Of a stretch of DNA of 64,000 bases, positions 49,990-62,653 are shown one piece after another. Position numbers and translations under genes: made by a program. Source of the DNA: Mobula birostris. Taxonomy: Eukaryota. Position 1 is the stretch's first letter. Each line of letters opens with the position of its first letter. The stretch covers positions 44,119,130 to 44,183,129 of the forward strand of contig NC_092375.1 in the NCBI RefSeq assembly GCF_030028105.1, read 5' to 3'. The notes beneath the pieces were generated by a model. It searched no databases. It was not told where the DNA came from and saw only the letters and a list, made by a program, of their open reading frames with translations.

Positions 49990-51290
49990 TTCGGGCCAAG
50001 TCCGCAATCTGGTGCTTTGCTGTCTCCAAGGGGGTTCCATGAGGTTTCATGCAAACTGTGCGGTCTGAAGGCCAAAAGTCCTGGAGACAGGGTGTGAGCC
50101 CACGATTCACACTGCTTCTCACCAATCTCATCGAGGAAAAATGAAATTATCGAGGCGAGAGTGGAAAGTGAGCAGGTTCAGCTCCATCTACCAGCCTCTT
50201 GCTTGGTGCTGCCAGAGCAAGGTGTCTGCATGTGACAATTCTCTCTCTCACCCTCTCATCCGCTGCTCCCAGAGGGAGGTCCTGGCATTCAAATGGTCTC
50301 TCTCTCACCCTCTCATCCGCTGCTCCCAGAGGGAGGTCCCTGCATTCGAATGGTCTCTCTCTCACCCTCTCATCCGCTGCTCCCAGAGGGAGGTCCCTGC
50401 ATTTGAATGGTCTCTCTCTCTCACCCTCTCATCTGCTGCTCCCAGAGGGAGGTCCTGGCATTCAAATGGTCTCTCTCTCACCCTCTCATCCGCTGCTCCC
50501 AGAGGGAGGTCCCTGCATTCGAATGGTCTCTCTCTCACCCTCTCATCCGCTGCTCCCAGAGGGAGGTCCCTGCATTCGAATGGTCTCTCTCTCTCACCCT
50601 CTCATCTGCTGCTCCCAGAGGGAGGTCCTGGCATTCGAATGGTCTCGCTCTCACCCTCTCATCCGCTGCTCCCAGAGGGAGGTCCCTGCATTCGAATGGT
50701 CTCTCTCTCACCCTCTCATCCGTTGCTCCCAGAGGGAGGTCCCTGCATTCGAATGGTCTTGCTCTCACCCTCTCATCCGCTGCTCCCAGAGGGAGGTCCC
50801 TGCATTCGAATGGTGTCGCTCTCCCTCTCCCTCAAAGCTGCTGGGAGATGGTGCTGGCATCCTGGTCTTGGGCAAGGTTTAACTGATGCGTTTTGTGAAT
50901 TGGACTCTGTAGATCACGTTACGATGTGTTCCTGGTTTCTGGTCGCACTTTTTTTGTTGCTATTTTGATTGGAGTGGACCAGCTCTGCAACCTGAAGTTA
51001 ACGGGCAACACAGAGCTGGATTGAACTGAACTGAGCTGAACTGAATATGTCTGGACTGGTTGGATGATTTGTAGTTTGGTGTTTTATATTCTGTGTTTTC
51101 ACTTGTTTTCTTTTTTGCTGTTTGTTTGATGTGTTCTTTTTTTTGCATGTTGGGAGTTTGATGTTTTTCTTTGTGTGGATCCATGGTTATTCTTTGTTTT
51201 GTGGTTACCTGTAGGAAGACAAATCTCAGGGTTGTATATTGCACACATTCTTTGATAATAAATGTACCTTGAATCTTGAATCTTTGAATT
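49990..51290 (+). mobile_element. Non-autonomous retroelement (SINE/LINE-tail type) carrying a minisatellite
   Basis: 3' end aatctcagggttgtatat...gataataaatgtaccttgaatcttgaat; (ctgaa)n at ~51020. Confidence 0.55.
50241..50814. repeat. 57-bp minisatellite, 10 units
   Basis: Unit ctctctctcaccctctcatccgctgctcccagagggaggtcc(ct/tg)gcattc(g/a)aatggt; units 4 and 7 are 59 bp. Confidence 0.97.
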
Positions 51291-51359
51291 TATGGTTGGA
51301 AGTCTGTCAAAGAATCATACGATGCAGAGTTGTGCACTCACACGCCATGTGTTGTGGTG

Positions 51360-51620
51360 CAAGATCAGCAGTGGTGCAGATAATAGAGCTGTTGCCTTAC
51401 AATTTAACTAACTAGGTTTATTCCTGACTTCAAGTACTGCCTACATGGAGGTTGCGTGTTCTCCCCGTGACTGTGCATGTTTACTCTGGATTTCTCCCAT
51501 ATCCCAGACGTGTTGCTGGTTAGGTTAAATGACTTCTGTGTACCTGCTCCTGGTGTACAGGTGAGTTGTAGAATCTCAGGAGAGTTAACAGGAATGTGAG
51601 CACGATAAAACTTTGCATAA
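51360..51620 (+). mobile_element. V-SINE (HE1-like), diverged
   Basis: tRNA-like head then ggaggttgcgtgttctccccgtgactg V-domain. Confidence 0.6.
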
Positions 51621-51694
51621 ACACAGAAATAGTGTAAATGGGTGTTTGGTGCGCAGGGGATTCAGGCATGGCGAAGACACTATGATACAGATAT

Positions 51695-52982
51695 ATACTC
51701 AGTGGTCACTTTATTGGTACAGGAGGTGCCTACTAAAGTGGCCACTGATTGAATGTCCATGGTCTTCTGTTGCTATAGCCCATCCACTTCGAAGTTTGAC
51801 TTGCTGTGTGTTCAGAAATGCTCTTCTGCACACCACTTTTGAGTTATTTGAGTTACTGTCACCTTCCCATCAATTTGAACCAATCTGGCCATTCTCCTCT
51901 GACCTCCATCACTAGCAAGGCATTTTTGCCCACAGATCTCCCTTCACTGGATGTTTTTTTTAAAAAAATATTTGTTTCTTTTTTGCACCATTCTCTGTAA
52001 ACTTTGAACTCTTAAACTCTAAGAGCCTGTGTATAGAAACATAGAAAATAGGTGCAGGAGTAGGCCATTCGGCCCTTCGAGCCTGCACCGCCATTTATTA
52101 TGATCATGGCTGATCATCCAACTCAGAACCCCGCCCCAGCCTTCCCTCCATACCCTCTGATCCCCGTAGCCACAAGGGCCATATCTAACTCCCTCTTAAA
52201 TATAGCCAATGAACTGGCCTCAACTGTTTCCTGTGGCAGACAATTCCACAGATTCACCACTCTCTGTGTGAAGAAGTTTTCCCTAATCTCGGTCCTAAAA
52301 GGCTTCCCCTTTATCCTCAAACTGTGACCCCTTGTTCTGGACTTCCCCAACATCGGGAACAATCTTCCTGCATCTAGCCTGTCCAATCCCTTTAGGATTT
52401 TATACGTTTCAATCAGATCCCCCCTCAATCTTCTAAATTCCAATGAGTACAAGCCCAGTTCATCCAGTCTTTCTTCATATGAAAGTCCTGCCATCCCAGG
52501 AATCAATCTGGTGAACCTTCTTTGTACTCCCTCTATGGCAAGGATGTCTTTCCTCAGATTAGGGGACCAAAACTGCACACAATACTCCAGGTGTGGTCTC
52601 ACCAAGGCCTTGTACAACTGCAGTAGTACCTCCCTGCTCCTGTACTCGAATCCTCTCACTATAAATGCCAGCATACCATTCGCCTTTTTCACCGCCTGCT
52701 GTACCTGCATGCCCACTTTCAATGACTGGTGTATAATGATGTGCATGAAAATCCCAGGAGATCAGCAGTTTCTGAGATGTTCAAAGTATCTCACCTGGCA
52801 TGAACAATCATTCTATGGACAAAATCACTTAGATCATATTAATTCCCCATTCTGATGTTGGTCTGAGCAACAACTGAACACCTTGACCTTGTCTGCATGC
52901 TTTTATGCACTGAGTGGCTGCCACAATTGACATTAATGAGCAGGTGTACTGGTGTACCTAACAAACTGGCCACTGAGAGTAA
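51695..52982 (-). mobile_element. Tc1-like non-autonomous element split by a CR1 insertion
   Basis: tactcagtggtcactttatt start; ..ctaagagcctgtgtat| resumes |gtgcatgaaaatcccaggagatcagcag; end ggccactgagagta. Confidence 0.7.
52034..52739 (-). mobile_element. Young CR1 3' fragment (open 207-aa ORF2 C-terminus)
   Basis: Uninterrupted ORF 52123-52746; tail tagaaacatagaaaataggtgcagg. Confidence 0.95.
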
Positions 52983-53106
52983 GCGGCAAGACAAACAGAG
53001 ACAAGAAATTTGCATCCATACATTCTGATAGAGAGGTTTCCAATCTAATTTGTTTCTATTATCATCTTTTGCTCTGATAAGTATACAATTTCTCATAGTC
53101 TACAAA

Positions 53107-54654
53107 ATGGTCTGCATCCCACAGTGCTTCAGGAAGTAGCCCAAGAAATAGCGGATGCATTAGTGATAATTTTTCAAAACTCTTTAGATTCTGGACTAGT
53201 TCCTGAGGATTGGAGGGTGGCTAATGTAACCCCACTTTTTAAAAAAGGAGAGAGAAACCAGGGAATTATAGACCAGTTAGCCTAACATCGGTGGTGGGGA
53301 AAATGCTAGAGTCAGTTATCAGAGATGTGATAACAGCACATTTGGAAAGCGGTGAAATCATCGGACAAAGTCAGCATGGATTTGTGAAAGGAAAATCATG
53401 TTGACGAATCTCAGAATTTTTTGAGGATGTAACTAGTAGAGTGGATAGGGGAGAACCAGTGGATGTGGTATATATTTGGATTTTCGATAGGCTTTTGACA
53501 AGGTCCCACACAGGAGATTAGTGTGCAAACTTAAAGCACACGGTATTGGGGGTATGGTATTGATGTGGATAGAGAATTGGTTGGCAGACGGGAAGCAAAG
53601 AGTGGGAATAAACGGGACCTTTTCAGAATGGCAGGCAGTGACTAGTGGGGTACCGCAAGGCTCAGTGCTGGGACCCCAGTTGTTTACAATATATATTAAT
53701 GACTTAGACGAGGGAATTAAATGCAGCATCTCCAAGTTTGCGGATGACACGAAGCTGGGCAGCAGTGTTAGCTGTGAGGAGGATGCAGGGTGACTTGGAT
53801 AGGTTAGGTGAGTGGGCAAATTCATGGCAGATGCAATTTACTGTGGATAAATGTGAGGTTATCTACTTTGGTGGCAAGAACAGGAAAACAGATTATTATC
53901 TGAATGGTGGCCGATTAGGAAAAGGGGAGGTGCAATGAGACCTGGGTGTCATTATACACCAGTCATTGAAAGTGGGCATGCAGGTACAGCAGGCGGTGAA
54001 AAAGGCAAATGGTATGCTGGCATTCATAGCAAGAGGATTAGAGTACAGGAGCAGGGAGGTACTACTGCAGTTGTACAAGGCCTTGGTGAGACCACACCTG
54101 GAGTATTGTGTGCAGTTTTGGTCCCCTAATCTGAGGAAAGACATCCTTGCCATAGAGGGAGTACAAAGAAGGTTCATCAGATTGATTCCTGGGATGGCAG
54201 GGCTTTCATATGATGAAAGACTGGATTGACTAGGCTTCTACTCTCTGGAATTTAGAAGATTGAGGGGGGATCTGATTGAAATGTATAAAATCCTAAAGGG
54301 ATTGGACAGGCTAGATGCAGGGAGATTATTCCCGATGTTGGGGAAGTCCAGAACGAGGGGTCACAGTTTGAGGATAAAGGGGAAGCCTTTTAGGATCGAG
54401 ATGAGGAAAAACTTCTTCACACAGGGAGTGGTGAATCTGTGGAATTCTCTGCCACAGGAAACAGTTGAGGCCAGTTCATTGGCTATATTTAAGAGGGAGT
54501 TAGATATGGCCCTTGTGGCTAAAGGGATCAGGGTGTACGGAGAGGAGGCAGGTACAGGGTTCTGAGTAGGACGATCAGCCATGATCATACTGAATGGCGG
54601 TGCAGCCTCAAAGGGCCGAATGGCCTACTCCTGCACCTATTTTCTATGTTTCTA
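53107..54654 (+). mobile_element. CR1 3' 1.5 kb, same subfamily as 52034-52739
   Basis: [43 protein letters not shown]; tail cctattttctatgtttcta. Confidence 0.95.
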
Positions 54655-55806
54655 AAAAAGTAATTTTGTATCTGCAGTTGTGAATGCCTTGGACCACATC
54701 TAATAAACCAATGTATAAAGAACGTCTTGAAATGTGTCTGTCTTCAGCTTTACTGACAGAGTGGTAAGCTTGGTCACCTTTCATCAGACAACATCTTATT
54801 AAACAGGAGGAGGCAGGAGAACACTGGTTTGCGTGGCCAAAGTAGAATTCTGGGTTAAATTTAAAAACAGCTGAGAGTTGAATCAATGAATGCACAGTTG
54901 AAAGATGTTATACTTACTATAAATTCTGATGTAAAATTGCTTGATTTATCTACCACACAGGACATGCTGTCTTCACGCTGCTGCCTTCAGGAAGAAAGTA
55001 CCTCAGGACTCACATCACCAGGTTCAGGAACAGGTATTACTCCACAACCACCCCTTGACCCAAAGGGAATAACTTCACTTGCCCCATCATTGAAACGTTC
55101 CCACAACCAATGCCACACTTTCACGACTTTTCATCTCACATTCCCGATATTTATTGCTTTTTGATCATTTTTAAATTATCATTATTATTTCTCTCTACCT
55201 ACATTTGCACAGTTCATTGTCTTTTGCACATTGGTTGAAAGGCCAATTTGGCGCAGTCTTGTTTCTATTATGGTTATTATTCAATGGATATTCTGGGTAT
55301 GCCTGCAAGAAAATGAATCTCAGGGTTGTAAATGTACTTCATTAACAAATTTACTTTCAACTTCAAAGACCAATGTTTAGATTTTATATTATTCTACAGC
55401 TGAGTCTTGCTAAAATGTGATTTTCTTGAATTGAGGAAGATGGAATCATCAAGAACCAGGTTGACTTTGTAAGTGATTAGATACGATCTAAGAGATAAAA
55501 GGTAATTAAACCCTTTTATTTATTGGTTGGAGAAAGCAGCGTTCACTGTTTGTTTTCCATGCTGCATGCCAAATAATTGCAAAGTTCCCAGCCTGGGTCA
55601 TTTTTCCCCTTTGGGGTGTGAATCGGAAAATTTTAATCTGAGTAATATTCTGCAGTGATGACCAGTACCCAAAGGGATATCCCTTGTTACTAAGGAGACA
55701 GCTGGATTATTTCCTTCTTCCTAAAACAAGCTAGAATGCTGACATTCTTTAAAATGTAATGGGAGCTTTCTGTAATATGTAAAATAATACATTGCTGGTT
55801 ACTCAC

Positions 55807-55888
55807 CTGGGATATGCTGGAAGTCCAGAATTCCTTGTGATTTATAAAATGCACTGTGACCTGGGAGTCTATTCAGCTCGAATTTATA
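55807..55888 (-). promoter_or_regulatory. Candidate core promoter + non-coding first exon
   Basis: TATAAAT (55888-55882), TCA Inr-like with A at 55857 (31 nt downstream), strong donor CAG|GTGAGT at 55806; no ATG in the exon. Confidence 0.4.
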
Positions 55889-56091
55889 TCGTGACCTAAG
55901 AGTTCACGAGTCAAGTTCATCCACTTTGATCAGTAACAAAATCTATTATTACATAGGTATTTTCCTTCTATTTTACTCTCTCTGCATCCTGTTGGTTGTG
56001 TGTAGAAAATTCTTTAAGTATTCTATAAAAGCCAGATAGCTTGGCTGTAAACAGGCCAGATTGAGTTTATACTTGAGCAGATTCTAGGTCA

Positions 56092-56101
56092 GGGATTTCC
56101 C
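56092..56101. promoter_or_regulatory. Consensus NF-kB site
   Basis: GGGATTTCCC matches GGGRNWYYCC, ~240 bp upstream of the candidate TSS. Confidence 0.4.
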
Positions 56102-57950
56102 TTGTGATGGTGAAAACATTTCATGATCCTGTCATTCATTTAACAACCGCCTCCATGTATCCATGGTGTCAATTATGGACAGCAGCAGTAGTTCAGGCTC
56201 ATCCATGGGACGAAATTCGATGGCAATATATTCAGAATGAACTTGAGCATTGCTTGAGAGTCTTCAGGAGTTGAATTACAGATACAAGAACACAGCTGCA
56301 GTCCTTTTCTTCAGGGCTGTTTTCATAGAAACCAATGGCTGGTTCTCTCAATGTCCTTGGATTTTTTCAACCTGTCTTTCACAGCCTGAATGTCAATCTC
56401 AGTGATATGAAATATGGTTTGCAAAGTAAGTTCACTGTATCTTTCCTGCATTGGTGTTCTTTGACATTTTGTTTTAGCTCCAGTTACAGTATTCAGTGCC
56501 TACTTAACATTGTTCCCTGGTTCTAAGTGTTCACTAAGCTGCTTCTCCCGTGAGGAACATATGTGATTCCATTTCAAAGTGGCTTATTGTAACTATCAAA
56601 TAATGGAGATGATGATCAGATTCTGATGTATTTTTCTTTATTCATTTATATGATGAAGGCATTAGTGACAAAGATCAACGTTTACTGCAACACTAACTAC
56701 TTTTGAAAAGGTACTCTTCTAGTTAGGGTTTATGCTGGTAAAAAGAGATTGTAGGCAAGATCATCATCCAGAAAACTGCACAATGGATTTATGGGCATTT
56801 GTGTATACATGCTCAGTCTACAACATTAAGGATGTACTTATGTACTGCTCTCTAAAGCAAGAAAATCTCAGTGCCTGCTTCAGATATTGAACATTCCAGA
56901 AACTAGACTTTGCAATGATAATACAGGAGGAATTAAATCATCAGGGTGGTGTGCAACCTGCCTTTTCAAAATTCCCTCTCTTAATACATGAGGGTTTTGC
57001 ATTTGGACCTGGAGATTTTCATGTAATTGAAGACATTAATCAAAATAACACCTGATCCTTGTATTAATCATTTCACAATCCTATTCAATTAATTAATTCA
57101 ATTATTTTTATTAATCACTTAAATACAGGAAAAGAGGAAAGGAATTAAAATGAAGTAAAATAAAATGCCTCATGTTTCCATCTTTGCAAATAATTGTAGA
57201 CTGAACTTTCTTCAGTAATAATCGTAGAAACAGTATACAGCATATAGCTATGGCTATGTACACTTGTACATACCACCAAGCAGTATTTTTACTTGCTCTT
57301 ACCTAACAGTCTTCAGATATACACAAATCACAATACTTGATTCACAGAGTTGGTTCCAACCCGAAAAATTTACCCCACTTTAGAGACCACTCACTGACCA
57401 TGATTCAAATGAGTGGTCTTCCTGAAAATCTATCACCTCTTCCAGTTTTGTTTTCATCTACCAGAGATATAAAATCACATTGCTCTAATTTTGGTTAATT
57501 ACAGTCACTTATAGTAGGAACACTACAGCACAGAGACATGTCCTTCAGCCTATCTAGACCAGACCAATTTATTCTGTCTAGTCCCATCAATGTGCCATGG
57601 CCCTCCGTGCACCTCCCATCTATACACATATACAAAATTCACCTAAATATTGAAACCAAACCTACATCTACCAATTCCACTAGCAGTGGTAATTCCTTAA
57701 TCCCTTACTCCAATGCTGCAACAACACCTCTAAGGGTCTTACTATGTGACCATAAAATCCAGCAAGAAAACTAGTTTTAGTTCAACCTTAACATATATTG
57801 GATTAGCCATTTTGATTAACAAAGCTGCAAATGTTTTTAAACCAAAAAACCAGAAATAAGAAAACAGTAAGTCAAATAATATCACTGAGCAGAGAGGCAT
57901 ATCCAGCCATCCCTATTAAGGTTCCAAAACCGGAAAAAATAACAAACTAA

Positions 57951-58120
57951 GCAGAGAGTGGAGAGAAGGGAGGGGCAGACAGGGTGGAGAGAAGGAAGGG
58001 GCAGGCAGGGTGGAGAGGAGGGAGGGGCAGGCAGGGTGGAGAGAAAGGGAGGGGCAGGCAGGGTGGAGAGAAGGGAGGGACAGGCAGGGTGGAGAGGAGG
58101 GAGGGGCAGGCAGGGTGGAG
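57951..58120. repeat. G-rich ~26-bp tandem repeat (~7 units)
   Basis: (gggaggggcaggcagggtggagagaa)n. Confidence 0.9.
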
Positions 58121-58421
58121 TGGAATGTCCATGGTAGGTTGGAGACAAAAGTTGCTCACGTAACAACTAACTTTTTAAAAAGGGCTGTTGGAGACAAAAA
58201 GGAAGTAAGTTGAATCAGTAAGATCCCAGCTGCAGAGAGAAAGGGTAAGTAAGGTTGGCCAGGGTTAAAATCTCTTCCTTTAATGTATCAAAAGAAGTAG
58301 TAACTGGTGGGAGAAATTCAACTTATGATCTGTAGACCACAAGTTCTCTGCATGTTGCTCTTTGCCTGTCTGAAATTCAAGCATCATTAAAACGGACAAG
58401 CTCCAGAGTATGAAGAGTTTA

Positions 58422-58786
58422 CAGTCATCCCTCAGTATCCGCAGGGGACTGGTTCCAGGACCACACTACCCCCCCCCCCCACCCCAGCTAGCCATCCCTT
58501 ACTAGCCTTAAACTCCTTCCTCTCACTCACTACACAAGTAGCAAAACAAACGAGACGCAGAGTAAACAGTGCACAACTGAGTGCTGGACAGAGACTGAGG
58601 ATCTGTGAAATGGCAGAAGGCTACAGCAGGGCATATCACTTCATTCACGTGGATTCGCATAATGCTCGGTGCGCAGCAAATTCAAATTTTGCTTTTTGGA
58701 ACTTTCTGGAATTTTTTTCGAGTATTTTCAATCCACGGTTGGTTGAGTCCGCGTATGCGGAACCTGCGGATACGGAGGGCCGAATG
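58422..58786. mobile_element. Tigger-derived MITE with MER2-like ends
   Basis: TA|CAGTCATCCCTCAGTATCCGCAGGGGACTGGTTCCAGGACC ... GCGGATACGGAGGGCCGAATG|TA; 365 bp. Confidence 0.85.
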
Positions 58787-59624
58787 TACTCTGAATCAAG
58801 TTTAGGTAAAAGATGGACATTCCTTGTTACATTTCTCCCTTGTTACATTTCCCCCAAATTCAGCCTTAGATACATCCAACCACCGAAAGGATTTATTATA
58901 GTTAAGAAGCAATAAACTTTGGAAGTTTTGCTGCGAGCGTATGACTGTTTCGAGAAACACATCTTTTCAATTATAAATCTGATGGCTTCTCTCCATTATC
59001 CACACGGATAAGGTGTTTTCCATCTGAAAATACAAATGGGAACAAAAGTCAACATTTATTCTGCTAATACTGTGTATACATCAGCAGGGCTATCATAATG
59101 AAATAATCTTAAATTGATTGTAATTCTGTATCTTTTATTTAGCCTTAGATTATTTCATATTCAGGTTTAAAATAAGCATTGATCATTCTAAAACACAGTA
59201 CAACAATTGCACTCAATTTTACACTGTGCACTTCCTCAGTTTTCTGCATTCCTACCAACAAAATCGTTACCTTACCTGAAAATTCTCAGTGATGGAAACC
59301 ACTTGGTTAGTGAAAACCAGAAAACAGTTGTCAGTCATTCTGCATTACTAACAATTTCTAAAGTTTCTCATGATCTACAACCAGATAATTGTGCCAAATT
59401 TAGTTAATCCATCTCTGCAGTACTGTATTCAAGTGGAATTATTTTCCCAAAATAGGTTCATTTGTATTTACTCAAAGTTCTATATATGCTTAATTTAATG
59501 TACCAAGTCAAAATGGTGCCAAGCAATGATGTCTGTCAAGTTGTGGCTCAGACTTATTCCTTTGAGGCTAAGGAATGGTTTTGGGGACATTGAGCAATTA
59601 CAGGTCAGGTTTGGGTTTCGGGGC

Positions 59625-60365
59625 ATAGATGCCGGGGAGATAAAGGTTAGGGCCTGTAAATGAAGAGTGAGGGCAGGAGTTGGTGGTCATAGTCCAGGCT
59701 GAAGCACTGAGGATGAAGATCAGCTATCCCCATGGTCAAGGACTGTGGTTGGCTGGTCCCAAAGATGTAGGGTTGGTGACCCTCCCAGGCCGCCAAGCCC
59801 TGGGTTCGGAAGTCCATGCGAGTCTGGAGGTCTATGCTCAGAGTTGAACATCCCATGTGATTGGTCAACCCTGGGGTCAACACCAAAGGTCAAAGAGCAA
59901 AATCAGCGAGTTCAAAAATTGGGGCCTGAAGGTTGAAGCCCTGAAATTTGAAGCCCCTTGATCAGTGTGTTCGGAAGTTGCTGGCTCAACATTCGTGAGT
60001 CTAGGCTAGGGACTAGGGTTAGAGGCACAATGTCTATGCCTGCTGAGTGTTCGAGGCCAAGGACTGGGGTCAAAGGCTCAGAGGTGGCCAGTCCTGGGGT
60101 TGGAGGGGGGTGTGTGTGTGTGTGTGTGTATTGATAGGTGAGAAAGGGACTTCTCTTGCTGTGTTTTTTTGCTTTGTTGTTGGTGTTGTTGCTTGGGTTG
60201 TTCTGCTGATCATAGTGAACATACTATATTGGTGCCGGAATGTGTGGCAACACTTGTGGGCTGCCCCAACACAACCTTGGGTCGTGTTGGTTGTTAACAC
60301 AAACGACAAATTTCATTGTATGCTTCGATGTACATGTGATAAATAAATTAATCTGAATCTGAATG
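59625..60365 (+). mobile_element. Non-autonomous retroelement with (TG)n
   Basis: (TG)n at ~60110-60129; tail aataaattaatctgaatctgaat. Confidence 0.55.
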
Positions 60366-61880
60366 TACTTCTTGTTTCTTGATGTTCCTCCTCCAAAACT
60401 GTTAGAGCGTGCAACAGTTTAATCTCAGCATGCAAAAAAATCTAGTTTTTAAATTATAATTAGAAATAACAAATAAGCTTTCTAACTCAATACAAAATAA
60501 AAAGAGCAAGTGCCAGAAATGTGCTGCAGATCAGAAAAGTGGAAAAAGGATTAATATATAATTGTGAAGACCCTTTGTTGGAACTGGAGAAGGGGAGAAC
60601 ACAGTTTGGTGTCAAGGTATGGGATAAGTGACAGAGGGATGAACAGAACAAAGGGAGTATATAGGGTAAGAGGAGGCCAGGGTAAGATGATTCAATGGGT
60701 GCAGTTAGGAAGAGATAACAAAGTCTTCTGCTCAAAATAACCCAATGCATGATTAGGGAGCAACACCTCATCTTCTATCTGGGCATGTGCCGACTCAAAA
60801 TTGAATCCTACCACTTTGGGTAACACACTTTATCCATGTAAAATCAGGCCAGGTGGCTCTGGGATATTGGTTCATTTTCTTTTGTCTGTCCATAAGCCTG
60901 ACCTAGGCTTGTTCTATTGGATGGCATCTCCTTTGTGTTCTCACATTCCAACGGCTCCCATATTGTAGCTTTTATGCCATTTTCTTTGTTTTTGTTCCAA
61001 CCAATACTGGGTAACAGAACACCTTCAATAGCAGCATTATAACCAAATTCCTATGATTATCTAATTGTGAACTTGTAGTGATGCTCATTGAAGCTGCACT
61101 TATTGCGCTAGCATACCCTCATGATTCACAAGAATGATGTCCTAAAAAATATTTTCTCTTTAGGTCACGCTAAGAGCTTCATAAAGCCTGAACCATAGTT
61201 AAATTTATAAAGTGTGCTTCTGTCAATCATGTTCACCCGCCAGAAATGGAAGGCAGCGTCCAGACTGCTATGTGGGAAACTGGAAAAGAACAAAAACTGA
61301 GTGTGTAACAGAGGCATGTTCAGCAATGGTAAAAGCTGGAATACCTGTGAATGAATGAGGATGGTCATTTCGGACAAATCAAGTTACAACACTGGAAAAT
61401 GACATTGCAATATTAACCTACAAGTGCAAATTCCAACAGAAAGTCTGGTTACAAATTCCTGATGTAATGCAATGCAATGTAACCTGGAAACAATCACTAA
61501 TATACTCAGCACAAAATTAAATCTATGTTCAATAACACTGTGCTGTTTTTCTAATGATTTACTTGAACTTAAGCCAGCTCTGCACTGACTTTAAATAACT
61601 ATTGTAATTAAACATTAATCCAGTTACTTGTGAAATTGTCAAGAATTCTCCCAAAACTATCACTTAATTCTTAATAAGCATTATTTAATTTGCCCTTTTC
61701 TTAACATTTCAAGCTGGGCTTTAATTTCTGATTTAAAAATCTATGGAATGCAATTTCTAGTGATTGTACTAAAAGGTTATGATTAAATAACACAACATTA
61801 CTTAAAATATTTCCAGATTTCCTCTATTTTCAGCCTTGCTCAGTTTCTACACTTTTGTTCTTCCTTTGTTTCTCCTTGTA

Positions 61881-62653
61881 CAATGGGTTCCATTAATTGG
61901 GGCACATCACGATCAGTACATTTTAGCCCAATTAACCTGCTGCCCCAATTAGCCGAGGTTTCATGGAAATCATTAAAAAGGTGTAAAAAACACAAACTGA
62001 GTAACAAATTATGTATTTAACTGAAATATGGAACAAATTGGAAGACTACCAATGCTACTACAGTACTATAAAACTCTGTATTGGTTCTTAATAGTTATCA
62101 ACAGAGGAATTCATTCAGTGTATGCAATGAACAAAATCAGTGCAGACACCTACTGCAGATGATGAACTGCCTTCATACAATGTTTTTGCTGAATGGATAC
62201 TCCAAATCTTCATTTGCATTGTAACATTCAAGATGACTGCCCATACCTTCAAATTCTCAGTAGTTCCTAACTTGTTGAAGTAATGAAATAATTTCATTTT
62301 TCACTCTCACCATTTCTTGCTTGACACCTCACTGATCAAAATAGTTCTGAATTGCCTGACTGCTTATTTCTTGACAACTATCAGTGACAAAAATCACTGA
62401 TTTTTGAACACAAACACACAAAACTGATGCTAAATAAAAACAGTTCACCCTTAAGCATGATGTAGCGTCTAACAACCACACAAGTGCTAGTTAGAACCTG
62501 TTCAGCAAGTCTCCTGTCCTAATTAAGGGGCATGGTGTCACAAATAAACAAAGGGTACCTGGCTATTTTCTCAATTAGTTTTTGCTCTTAATAGTTGTCC
62601 TAAATAAACAGCTGCCCTAGTTAACTGAAAGCCCAATTAACTAGAATCCACTG
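61881..62653. mobile_element. Tigger/Tc1-mariner-type MITE
   Basis: TA-flanked imperfect TIRs CAATGGGTTCCATTAATTGGG / CCCAATTAACTAGAATCCACTG. Confidence 0.75.

Noticed and set aside
50141-50968. Long repetitive ORFs (275, 227, 159 aa) or a CRISPR-like array
   Set aside because: They are products of a stop-free 57-bp minisatellite; the units are contiguous with no unique spacers, in eukaryotic DNA.
56104-56250. ITIM-like SEYIAI in a short minus-strand frame
   Set aside because: No convincing splice acceptor, and a six-residue motif is expected by chance.
59276-59301. 26-nt phase 1->0 micro-exon (VVSITENFQ) that could bridge IgC to the 37-nt exon as a V-C-V (HHLA2-like) chain
   Set aside because: The donor CAG|GTAAGG is good but the acceptor is AAG with the branch-like CTAAC too close, and the 474-815 domain resembles a membrane-distal V; too weak to call.
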